From contig NW_003314271.1 of the NCBI RefSeq assembly GCF_000143415.4, positions 2,950,186 through 3,014,185 of the forward strand: DNA of 64,000 bases, read 5' to 3'. The DNA is from Selaginella moellendorffii (lineage: Eukaryota > Plantae > Lycopodiophyta). Both the position numbers and the translations under genes were made by a program. The notes beneath the pieces were generated by a model. It was given only the letters and a program-made list of their open reading frames with translations. It was not told the DNA's origin and ran no database searches. Positions 52,622-64,000 of the stretch are shown piece by piece (the stretch's first letter is position 1; every line of letters begins with the position of its first letter).

Positions 52622-52899
52622 GAGAGTCGCAGTAAAGATCTTTGAGAGTGCTGGAGACTCGGTGCAGGATTGCCTACATTGTTCTCTCAAACATATACTT
52701 ATCAATCGGGAGGTGGGATAAATTTTTGATGATTTGAAACTTGATGAAGTCGAGACAAGTGAGAAAATTTTAAGAGTGATTTATAAGGTTTTAAATATAT
52801 AGGGAAAAAGGCCCATAAATAAAAGTGCACCTTTTTTCCCAATTGGTTAAAGATCTTGAAATATTTAAGTTAAATGTCCTTGAGTTTGAGTAATACTGA

Positions 52900-54450
52900 G
52901 TTGAGCTTCCCAAGAAGTTTAAATTCATAAGTTTACAATTTGGTAAGAAGGTCCAAGAATGGGTACATAAAATATTCTTGGGGCTATATAACTACTATTA
53001 AAAATTTATTAAACAATATTCAAAAATTACTCTACCTTAATAGACTAAACAAGAAAAAAGAAAATAATATAAATAGTGGAATGCAAAGTAGCATCCATCT
53101 CAAAAGAAAGTTAAAGAAAGCAAAGTGCTTAAGGAGTGGCAACACTATTTTATAAAACACTTCAAGGTGTACACAGATAATATGGCAGCAAAACACTTTT
53201 TATCATAACCAAACCTATGAGAAAAACATAGTACATGGGACAATATTTTGGCTAAGTTTAATCGTGAGATCCTGTATAAACCTAGGAAAAACAATATCAT
53301 AGTAACTCTAAGTCGGAAAACAAACTTGAAATTGGCAATATTTAGTGCAATAACAACCTTCTAGGATGGTGTGTAAACAATGCATGAAGACAATGGTTTA
53401 GCATATGAGGTGTTGCTAAGGAACAAAGAGGCATGGGATGCTTACTAACGAAATGAGCTATTTAGGGAAGAAAAAATTGATTATATAAAACACAATGGAC
53501 TTATTTATTACAAGTAGATAAGGGTATATATTTGAAAAGGGGAATGAAGGAAGGTAACTTTAGAAGAGTGTTATGATAAACCTTTTATAGGATATAGTAA
53601 AGTGACCAAGACAATGAACTTGCTTAAGAGAAACTATTACTAGCTAAACATGGCTAAGGATATACAAAATTATGTAAAAACATGCCTAAAATATCAATAA
53701 GTGAAGGTTATGACTAACACTAATAGGGGTTTATTGTAAAACTTTCTAATCCTAAATAGTCTATAGAAATGTCTTATAATGGATTTGATCATGGAATTCC
53801 CCTCAAGTGAGGTTGTGATAGTATTGGTAAATACCCTTAGAAAACGATTTAGGATGGAGGCAAGATCTAAAGATAGGGCGAAGTAAGTCTAAAGACTCTG
53901 GCTTGAATTTAATATTTTCCAGAAGACAACTTGCTAAGGAACTAAAATAGTATTTTTATGTTTACTCTCGATGAAAAGCAATAAAAAAATGGGAATAGAA
54001 AAAGCTCCCTTAGTAATCTAGCAACTGTTAGACCGATTTCAAAATACTATGCCAAAAGAGTTGTTGGTGGCTTTCTACCCATTATCTAATAATAGCAAAA
54101 GTACCAAGTCAATACTCCACCTTTTACAAGTGCAAGCAATTTGTCTTGAGAACATGACATTATTCAGTCATGAGAGAAAGACTACATAAACTAAGAAGAG
54201 ATAATATTTTACAAAAATATGTAAAATTTGAAGAAACTCAAGATTCACTAGAAAAGGCTCATTATAGACAAGTAGGAAGACATTTTGCTAAAGAAATCAT
54301 AGCTTCAACGATTCTATAAAAAGGGCTAATACTTTGGTATAACTTAATAAAGTTTTATAGAGAATGCAATATTTGTCAGAACCAAATATACACAAAAAAA
54401 TAGACCTATAAACTTCATTTTAAAGCTCTATTTCGTTAAAGTGGGAATTG
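52900..54450 (+). pseudogene. Ty3/Gypsy pol (integrase) remnants
   Basis: Broken peptides DIQNYVKTCLKYQ*VK, GLL..., MDLIMEFP (53660-53805) and AHYRQVGRHF...FYRECNICQ (54255-54380) match integrase HHCC and core-start motifs. Confidence 0.65.
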
Positions 54451-54864
54451 TCATTATCCCACTTGTAAAATAAGGTTTCCAAACCTTTATATAGTATATA
54501 AATATAACAAAATTCAACTGCATTGAGGCACATGCCATTTTATTTTAAACAAGGAAATGTCTACTCAATCACTTCTCCTCCCCCTGCCACTGCTTCACCT
54601 CTCTCTTCTCCTTGTCATCGTCGTCCAATTTCTTTCCATCCTTTTAATATTGGCTCAGTTGCTCCGAGTCTAGATGGAGCCCAAGTCCCCATTCAATCTT
54701 TACTTTCCCATTATTAATAAAACAACTTCGTAGACTTCCAATAACATGCTGTAACACTTCTAGTATAATGCAAATCCTCTCAAAGAATTGTCTTTTAATA
54801 TTAATACAATTGCATGGAACACCATGCCATAATAAGTTACATTTTTAAATAAATACATGCCATC

Positions 54865-57800
54865 TCAGACTGTTATTTTTTGCCTCCAACGCCTATACAA
54901 TAATCTTGGAATTTCATCACTCTCCACACTATCAGGATTTAAACCCAATAGTAATGCCATCTCTTCTCTAATACGTCCACGCTCATGTTCAGTGGTCGAA
55001 GAACCCATTCGGTTGAGCAGATTATGGAGATGCGGATAGTGCTTGGCTAGACAATATACATGCCATAAATGATGACTGGTGTCTGTCCGATCAAATGGCT
55101 TCTGATATACCGTTCCATCTGCCATTTGGTTGATTTCTGCAGCCACCTCCTGGACTGGCCGGTTCTCTATCACCATCGCTCCAAGCCGTTTTGCAAGGTC
55201 GCCCAGAACATACGGTTTCTTCTCCCTAGTTTCCATACTGCAAGAGATGGGGTGCACTGCATATGTGTGCGTGTTCACTGCAGTTTTAATCGGCGAGTCA
55301 TCGATGATAAGGATTTCACTTGAGCTAGCAGTCCGGTTCATCACTACAGCCTCTGGCTTGACGAAGATGGGCTTGCTACCCCTCACATGGACCATAGTCA
55401 AGCAATCCTCCTGCGTTAGGAGAAAGTCAAATGGTAATATTACTCGCGTCTGATCGTGCATCATCTGTAGCAACGTTAATGCATTGTGGCGCATCATGGA
55501 TGTCCAAACTCCCAATTGCAAATTGAACCCGGCCCTCTGTTTTAAGTGTCGCATGGTCATTATTAGATCCCGCAGTTTCTCCCGTGTGATTAATGTGAAT
55601 CTGTCTCTTTTGACCAACTTGCGACCGCAGGCTTTGGAGGGTGCAATGACATTCGAGGACGAGCCACGCTCATGGGAGAAAAGGACACCGTTCAGATCAA
55701 AAACGATACAGTACCTTCGCCGTGACTCTGAAATGAAATGCGTCAGCATAAAAAATGGTACAAGTCAATTTTACCATCTACAATATTAGCGAATGTTGCT
55801 CCCGATGGTCGTTGAGAGGGTTTTGGTCGAGGAAACGTGAAGGGCGGAAATACTCTCCTCTGCAATGTGGGGTCAATCGCATCCGATGGCGTGTGGGCAC
55901 ATGCCATTTCAGCTGTAGACTCTGGTACAACTGGCTCAACAGTGGCATGGGGTGGTTCCGATGGCGTGTGATCACACGCCATTTCAGCTGGTGCCTCCGT
56001 TGGCAAAGTGGACATGACCGAACAAGCAGCAGGGGCGGTGTAGGGAGGTTCCAACGGCGCGTAGTCAGACGATTGGGCACACGTTGAGTCCATTGGAAAT
56101 GAGGATACGACCGGCTCGGCGGCTGGGGTGGCCTCATGTGGGTTCAATGGCGCCTGGTCACCGTCAGTTGGATACGTGGACAAGATTGACTCAGTGGTAT
56201 GGGCAGCATCAAGTGGAGCGTGGTCAGCTTGCTTGGCGTTGATATGGATAGTAGCCTCCACCAGCTCTGATGACTCTTGCAGCCAAGTAGAGTCCACTGG
56301 CGGATCCATATGCATGTCCAAATATCTCCCTTCGATTGAGATGGTATCCTCCCGTGCTACTAAAAACAAACTCATTAGCACATTGAATCGACTATACTGT
56401 ATTTACCATCAACTGCTATTGAGGAACTAGGACCGATATCACTTGAGCGCACTGCTGATTCTGAAGGATTGGACATACGTTTCGACCCTTGCTTGGCACT
56501 ATCCTTCCTCGACACTAAAGGCTAGAGTTTGTAAATTCAACTGAATAATCTCTACTTACCATTTGCTCTGCGACCTACATGGACAATGTTAGAAATGGTA
56601 AAAGGTTAGGAATGGATGTATTATTATTTACCTGATGGTTTGTCTTGTATGACCTTCCTCCGCCGCTCTTTGGCCACCTCAGGCTGGCCATCGTCGTCAT
56701 CATCGTCGTCGTCGTTATTGTGATCGTCACCATTGTGAGGACCATCCAAGTCCTCTTCGTCCTCCTCTTCTTTGTCCTCCTCTTCTTTGTCCTCCTCTTC
56801 GTCCTTCTGCTCTTCTTGCTCATTATCTTTCTCTGGCTCCTCATCCCCCTCCTGCATTTCTTCCATAGGTTGCTCAGGCTGGATGGCTTGTTCTTCCAGG
56901 ACCATCTTGGGAAAATCATCTGGCCGAGTCTCCATCTCAAAATACAAGACATCCATAGCTTGTTTTAGTGCGTGACCTAGGACCGTATCCTCACCCGACT
57001 GTCTTAACATGGTTTCTGCACGTTCTTGCACCCTTCGAAGACGACGAGATGAGAAAAACGTGGCCCTGCCTTGAAAAGCTTCCCTCATCCATTGTACCTC
57101 TCCATTGAGATTGGGGAAGGGGAGTCCGCCATAGGAATCTGAGTCATGAGGTGGTGACTGCCTGCTTTCACTCAGCCCTTGATCTGCAATGAATGGCATG
57201 AGCACACACGCCATAACCGCGAGGCATTACCTATCATCTTTTCGTTGCCCTTCTTCCTTTTCGAATCAAACGCCTCTGATCTCGACGACTGTCCAACGTG
57301 CTTTCGCTTTTTATGACCACTGTCAATTTGAGCTTGGCTGGTGCTTGCCTGTTTTGCCTTTGAAGAAGTTTCTCCTGCAAGGAATGGCATGAGACCACAC
57401 GCCATTGCAAATATAATTTGTACCTCCTTTTTTCCTATTGCTTTTCTGTTTGTCCTTCTTCGATGCGCCACCAGTGCGCTTTTCAGTCCTCGTGTCTAAA
57501 TATTCACAACGATCTATAATCAAAATGGCGTGAGGCCTCACGTGACCTTACCTTGTGCAGGTTGTGAGCTCGGCCCAACATGGGTATCTTCAAAAGTAGC
57601 TGTTAACGCCGTTTCAGCATCTGGGGGTGGCCACGCTCCTGCATACAGAGCTTGTGAGATAACATTTAAACTTAAAGTGTGTACTCACCAGGTTCGCAGA
57701 GAAGATACTGTTTTTCTTTGGCAACTGTAATTATATGCTCCATTGAAGTCATCTCTTCAATGGAGTTTGTCACCGCAACACAAGGGACACCCTTGAGTAG

Positions 57801-60487
57801 TGCGGCTCGAAAGAATAGTCCGCCGCAGTTGTACTTGACAACGCATTTGCCCTTGGAGTCGGAAGCAGATGACCCACCCGCTATTGCGTTGAAGACCCAG
57901 CTGAGCATTTCCCATGCTGCACCTGGAGCTTTCTTTGGATTCGAAAGCTCCATAGCCGTCTTCAGTTCCTCAGGCACGGGTAAATTGACCTCCCTCAGAT
58001 CAATTCGATTGGCCTTGTCGAACGAAGCTGGGAAGTCACTCCAGTCCCACTCTGCTGCAGGACCAATAACAAGGGCGAGTGTGAAGATGCGGACATTCGT
58101 CGGTATCTTCTTCTTAGCCATTATCCCATGGATCTCCCGCATCTCCTTGCCTTTCAACCGAGCCTTCACCTCGTTCAAGGCCTTCCAGAACTTGTGATAG
58201 GATTCGGAGTCGTAGATCATATAGTGGACTGAAGATTCCACCTCCGCAAGTCCCACCATTAAGTCAATGATGGAGCTGACTTCGTCTGCATGAGTGATCT
58301 CCTCGTTTGTGAAGTCCATCACACAAAAGATGTTCTTGACCTGCTCATCTCCGCGGGAAACGATGCTCCTCCACCTTTGATCCTCATCCGAATTCAAGTA
58401 TACCCGGTAAGGTTCTCGATAGGCCTCTGCTGCGGGGTCGAGCTGTTTCTGAAGCCGGCGGTCGACATCAATCTTAATGAAATTTGGATACTGATCCAAC
58501 TTCTCAGCTTTACTTTTCGTGGCATCCCGCAGCAGATCGATGAACTTGGGGGCCCCCTTCACGTACTCGTCGATGTCTTCATTTGACAACTCCAGCGCTT
58601 CCATCATCTCTTGCGTGGTGTCGATGCTCACCCTCTCCACGGCCACTTGCTCGAAGATCCAATCCTTCAATAGCGCACGAGCTCTCAGAGTCGTGCACAA
58701 GTCCTCGTATGTCACAATATGGCCGGGAGTCATTTTGGTCTTGTTGAAGACAACCTCACCACGTAGAAGAGCATTAGCCACTGTCAGAAGGTCGTCGTCG
58801 TCTAGAGACCGCGAGAAACGCAAGGCGTTGAGCTTCAAATCATTGGGCTTCCGGCCGTCCTCCACACCCATTGAGTTTGGCAACTCCCCGTCATGGTACC
58901 TCCTCAGCACATCTACCCATTTGTCAAAAACAACTTTTGTCGCGAGTAGAATGTTATGGATGCTGAGTGTGTCATTGACCCCCAGTGTTTTCGAGAGAAG
59001 ACTCAAGAATTCCTGCAATGGAAATGGCGTGAGGCCACATGCTATGCCACATGCAACGAGGCTTACCTGCCAGGCGCTAGTTGCTAGTGCACGTCCTTGT
59101 CCTGGTTTTTGTGGCTTCTTCAGTTGAACCCAGAGCTTCCGTGTTCGTGCCAATGTCTCGTGCAGACCCGATTTGTAGCACGTTTCTTGCTTGACATTCT
59201 GCGCGTGGGAGATGTATATGATAGATCGGAGGGGCGAGTTGCCTTTTATCAGGCGGACAACTCTTGTCTTGAAGACTTTCTTCACCTCCTCGCCCACCAT
59301 AATATCCACAACTATCTCTTGCATCGCCAAGCTAGAATGTTGCCCGGAGACGGCATAGAACCGGATGTTCTGATCGTCCAACACCTTCCTATTGATCAAG
59401 TCTGGAAACCTCGTCTCGCCCTTCATTGTTCGGTAGTAGGGGATCACGTCTGCGATGTCGGGTGTTACTGGACTTGCCAGCATCTTCTGCTTCAGTTTCT
59501 CCACCCACTCATCAGATACTAGCCTGTGGTTGTATTTGCTTTGGATGTCGATACGGCTCACGTCGATTGTATATACATTGTTGGAATAGTAACAAGTACT
59601 ATTATCTGCGACGATTTTTGCTGCCTCTTCTTGCTCTTTCTGCTCTTTGCGGCTCTTCTTTTTGGTGGGTGTAGTGTTCGAACCCGAGGCAATGGCATCA
59701 CTGAGTAGCTTCTTTTTTGGAGCAGGAGAGTCGGACGTCGGCTTGAGCTTGACCACCCTTTTCTGCTTTGAGGTAGTTTCCAGATCGACCCCCTTCCCCT
59801 TTGCTTCGCGAACTGGAGTCACTCTCAACGGCTCAATGTTGGAATATAGTTTTTGAACATCGCCGTAGGTGAGGTCCGTGGATTCCATGTGATCTTCATA
59901 GACCCGCAGCGTCTTTGAAATTGTGGGCCTCCTGGACAACCTCTCCCTAGCTCCCTCTAGGAATTCCTCATAGCCGCTGCCCCCCTCCGGGAAGCCGCTA
60001 GGATGTGCAAGGTGGATCTTGAAGGCAGACGCTGTCTCTACCACAAGTGCCAGTCCATATTCTTGCATGGAACTGCATGGAGTGTCTGTCACTTGGATGA
60101 GGATCCCCATGCATTCTTTTCTCCCACCATCTGTGTTGTACAGCCTCAGATCCTCGCCTTCTATCCCGAAAGTCCAACTGGTGAGCTCCTCCCCCTTCTC
60201 TGCATCCACATTGACAGTGGCTGGAAGAAGAACGCAATTCCTCGCCTGTTCAGAAATGCACAACAATTAGAGCTGACAGATGAAAAGCTAGTAGCTGGAA
60301 ATAACGTGAGGCCACACGCCATTCACCACTGCATCAGATGTCTTGAGGCTGCATCCTAAGATGGCGTGAGGCTACACGCCATCTGTAACCGGACTGCACT
60401 CGAGAGCCCAATCGGTGCATGCCAATGTTGCTACTGAATGGCATGTGGCCTCATGCCATTTTCTACTTGGCCTAAAAGACTTACCAT
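54865..60487 (-). CDS. 11-exon, about 1650-aa protein: ParB/Srx-like, degenerate methyltransferase-like, acidic/low-complexity linker, FCP1/NIF-like HAD domain
   Basis: Manual GT-AG splicing of 60487-60485, 60245-59067, 59012-57689, 57638-57552, 57513-57424, 57374-57231, 57183-56632, 56574-56560, 56514-56407, 56359-55775, 55727-54865 totals 4950 nt with an open frame. Motifs: TIDVSRI..NHR..EWVEKLKQKM..FYAVSGQHSSLA; IVFDLNGVL..VWTS..TQEDC..IIDDSPIK. Confidence 0.7.
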
Positions 60488-60704
60488 TTGAAGCCGAATG
60501 GAGGCGTGACAACCGGACTCGCTGGCGAATGTGCACTGTGTGTGCAGCGGATTGTAGCAGCAAGGCTACTCTGCCACTTACAGTTGGAGAGTGGCGCTGA
60601 AATCTCCCGGGACGCCAAGTGGGCTGCGTGTGGGTGGCGGAGTGGGCGGCGGAGTTGGCGGCGAAGTTACAAACTGGGTGTGTCTTGAAGTGGACGCTGA
60701 TGCA

Positions 60705-60860
60705 CACGAGCGCGATGCGAGCGCGAGTGGACGCCGATGCACACGAGAAACCTGTAGAGAAGTGGGAGCGCGAGTGGGAGCGCGATGCGAGCGCGAGTGG
60801 GAGCGCGATGCGAGCGCGAGTGGGAGCGCGATGCGAGCGCGAGTGTGCGAGCGCGAGTAC
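60705..60860. repeat. CpG-rich tandem repeat, unit about GCGCGATGCGAGCGCGAGTGGGA
   Basis: Directly visible, about 220-370 bp upstream of the ATG at 60487. Confidence 0.9.
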
Positions 60861-61758
60861 GAAGCAAAATGCAAAACCTAACCTCACACGCGCGAAATGT
60901 CACGACGGTTGGTAATCCCGCCACGTCATCATTTCTCGGACTTGGGGGCCACCATTAATTTCTGGATCGGCGCGCGCATGCGTGAAATCCAAAAGAAATC
61001 CGCAACGTCATCATTCCTCGGACTGCATGCACGCGAAATCCAAAAGAAAGATCATGATTGGGATATCATTTAATACCCTCGCTATATTTATACCATGCAT
61101 GATTGGATATTCCAAAGCATCTTGTATTTCCAAAAATGCCAGATGTTCAGCTAAATAAATTGTCAGAGGATTTGATGTGACGTTCAAGCATGTGGGCTCA
61201 TGCAATTTTGATCCCAAAAAATGCATCAAAAAATGCTCGGCGTCATCTGGCGTTATCTCTTGAATGGCGTGGGGCCGCATGCCATTTTCAGGAGCACATA
61301 GGAGTATATTCCTAGAATATTCTGACACGCGCGAGATTGTTTTGAGTTTCCTGGAGATCCAACCGTTAGATCGCAACTAGATTTTACAGAATGGTATACA
61401 ATGTCCTTCTTGATGACCCTGCAAAGAAGCATCTCGATCGGACACCACATGAGACCACACGAGCCTTACAATGTTTCAGGGGCATTTGCCATAGATCCGA
61501 CCGTTATTTTGCTCCAAGATTCTACAGTTTGGTGTGCATTGACCTTTCCATCGACACTACAAAGGGACATCACAATCAGATGCGGGATCACAAGAAACCA
61601 ACTTCACTAACTCTGGTTTCACCAAGATCTACGTAAGGAGTTATGAAATGAAAGGACCCTCTCTATTGAAATGTGTTTATGGTCCTAAGGGCATTGTGAC
61701 ATATCCAAGGATTTTGCATCAAGTTCTGTATTTGCATGTTTATCAAGCTACTGAATTG

Positions 61759-61792
61759 CTAAACCCTAAACCCTAAACCCTAAACCCTAAAC
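61759..61792 (+). repeat. Interstitial plant telomere repeat (CCCTAAA)4
   Basis: CTAAACCCTAAACCCTAAACCCTAAACCCTAAAC. Confidence 0.95.
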
Positions 61793-63252
61793 ATGTGGCA
61801 AATGCTGCGTGAAGAAAGATGCCCTTTCTGGGCAAATGCTGTAAGAGGCAGATGCCGAGCAGATGTATCTCAGGCTAGTGAAGGGGACAAACGAAAGCTA
61901 GCAACCAAAGGAATGTAAGCAACCAAAGGAATGTAAGTAGGGCATGTGTTTGTAAGTTTAAAAATGCCTCAACCACTTAAATTCCCAAGTAAATAAAGCT
62001 GTTTCTATTTTTGGTACAGGTAAACTTTATAGCGTGTGGGCTCATGCAATTTTGAACCAAAAAATGCACCAAAAAATGCTCGACTAGCATTNNNNNNNNN
62101 NNNNNNNNNNNNNNNNNNNNNNNNNNNNNNNNNNNNNNNNNNNNNNNNNNNNNNNNNNNNNNNNNNNNNNNNNNNNNNNNNNNNNNNNNNNNNNNNNNNN
62201 NNNNNNNNNNNNNNNNNNNNNNNNNNNNNNNNNNNNNNNNNNNNNNNNNNNNNNNNNNNNNNNNNNNNNNNNNNNNNNNNNNNNNNNNNNNNNNNNNNNN
62301 NNNNNNNNNNNNNNNNNNNNNNNNNNNNNNNNNNNNNNNNNNNNNNNNNNNNNNNNNNNNNNNNNNNNNNNNNNNNNNNNNNNNNNNNNNNNNNNNNNNN
62401 NNNNNNNNNNNNNNNNNNNNNNNNNNNNNNNNNNNNNNNNNNNNNNNNNNNNNNNNNNNNNNNNNNNNNNNNNNNNNNNNNNNNNNNNNNNNNNNNNNNN
62501 NNNNNNNNNNNNNNNNNNNNNNNNNNNNNNGTAAGCAACCAAAGGAATGTAAGTAGGGCATGTGTTTGTAAGTTTAAAAATGCCTCAACCACTTAAATTC
62601 CCAAGTAAATAAAGCTGTTTCTATTTTTGGTACAGGTAAACTTTATAGCGTGTGGGCTCATGCAATTTTGAACCAAAAAATGCACCAAAAAATGCTCGAC
62701 TAGCATTATTCTTTGAATGGCGTGTGGCCTTATATTGCCATAAATGACACAGCATAATTATTCCTTTACACGGCGAATAATCTTGGAGCACATAGGAGTA
62801 TATTCCTAGAATATTCTGACACGCGCGAGATTGTTTTGAGTTTCCTGGAGATCCAACCGTTAGATCGCAACTAGATTTTACAGAATGGTATACAATGTCC
62901 TTCTTGATGACCCTGCAAAGAAGCATCTCGATCGGACACCACATGAGACCACACGAGCCTTACAATGTTTCAGGGGCATTTGCCATAGATCCGACCGTTA
63001 TTTTGCTCCAAGATTCTACAGTTTGGTGTGCATTGACCTTTCCATCGACACTGCAAAGGGACATCACAATCAGATGCGGGATCACAAGAAACCAACTTCA
63101 CTAACTCTGGTTTCACCAAGATCTACGTAAGGAGTTATGAAATGAAAGGACCCTCTCTATTGAAATGTGTTTATGGTCCTAAGGGCATTGTGACATATCC
63201 AAGGATTTTTCATCAAGTTCTGTATTTGCATGTTTATCAAGCTACTGAATTG

Positions 63253-63285
63253 CTAAACCCTAAACCCTAAACCCTAACCCTAAAC
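63253..63285 (+). repeat. Interstitial plant telomere repeat, second copy with one CCCTAA variant
   Basis: CTAAACCCTAAACCCTAAACCCTAACCCTAAAC. Confidence 0.95.
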
Positions 63286-64000
63286 ATGTGGCAAATGCTG
63301 CGTGAAGAAAGATGCCCTTTCTGGGCAAATGCTGTAAGAGGCAGATGCCGAGCAGATGTATCTCAGGCTAGCGAAGGGGACAAACGAAAGCTAGCTATAA
63401 ACATGACGGGATGCAAATAGATTACTAGGCTGGTCCTGCGAAAATCAAAAACCATAATTGAAAACATTGAAAATGCAAAAAGAAAGGTTTATAATATTTT
63501 TGAATTTTAAGCAACCAAAGGAATGTAAGTAGGGCATGTGTTTGTAAGTTTAAAAATGCCTCAGCCATATAAATTCCCAAGTAAATAAAGCTGTTTCTAT
63601 TTTTGGTACAGGTAAACTTTATAGCGTGTGGGCTCATGCAATTTTGAACCCAAAAATGCACCAAAAGATGCTCGACTAGCATTATTCTTTGAATGGCATG
63701 TGGCATTATATTGCCATAAATGGACGTACACACACAGCATAATTATTCCTTTACACGGCGAATAATCTTGGCGCGGATCGCTGACATGGCATGGCAAAGT
63801 TCGAATCACTGACATGGCACAGCTGGATCGAGGCAAGGACATGATGTGACAAAGTTCAACCTCCGACAGCAAAGTCTAGAAGCTACTCAGTTTGAAATTT
63901 GTCAGAGGAATCATAAGATCTGGTTTGTCAGAGGATTTGATGTGACGTTCAAGCGTGTGTTATTTTTGAATTCTCGAACTCATTCCTAGGTCTATCATTT

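Larger units (their letters stand above)
55886..63717. repeat. Dispersed 22-bp palindrome family ATGGC(G/A)TG-N6-CA(C/T)GCCAT, about 15 copies
   Basis: Copies start at 55886, 55961 (perfect palindrome), 57193, 57384, 57525, 59024, 60301, 60361, 60438, 61264. Degenerate copies at 61185, 62029, 62645, 62717, 63621, 63693. Confidence 0.92.
61290..63770. repeat. About 1.5-kb-period direct duplication spanning an assembly gap
   Basis: 61290-61900 recurs at 62784-63395 (offset 1494) with few substitutions. The block at about 61900-62090 recurs at about 62531-62710 and 63509-63690. Confidence 0.85.

Noticed and set aside
61759-63285. True chromosome end
   Set aside because: Only about 4 repeat units, with ordinary sequence on both sides.
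55886-63717. CRISPR array interpretation of the palindromic repeats
   Set aside because: Spacing is irregular (60 bp to over 1 kb), copies lie in introns and exons of a eukaryotic gene, and no cas genes are present.

Overview
Eukaryotic land-plant genomic DNA. Very short GT-AG introns (mostly about 45-65 nt), dense genes and plant-type CCCTAAA repeats fit a compact lycophyte genome such as Selaginella; the taxon is inferred, not proven. The window has three zones. (1) 1-12.5 kb is a nest of non-autonomous LTR retroelements, including a complete 589-bp TRIM whose LTRs carry a 5S rRNA internal-promoter segment (Cassandra-like) and a solo LTR of it. (2) 14.4-47.9 kb is gene-dense: MASS-like protein, tRNA-Ser(CGA), PP2C-cNMP-kinase, CYP85-clan P450, plastid HMA-like protein, IGPS, CRT3-like calreticulin, RING-H2 ligase, a BAHD-UGT-BAHD block formed by inverted duplication, a kinase-less LRR receptor-like protein with a BRI1/BRL-type island domain, and an M1AP-like gene. 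(3) 48-64 kb holds decayed Ty3/Gypsy debris, then an apparently intact 11-exon gene (60487->54865, about 1650 aa by manual splicing) joining ParB/Srx-like, degenerate methyltransferase-like and FCP1/NIF-like HAD regions. That gene is studded with about 15 copies of a 22-bp palindrome (ATGGCGTG-N6-CACGCCAT), preferentially in introns and upstream; this is the best candidate for an undescribed system. Assembly gaps lie at 5181-5432 and 62092-62530. All homology calls are motif recognition from memory; no searches were run.
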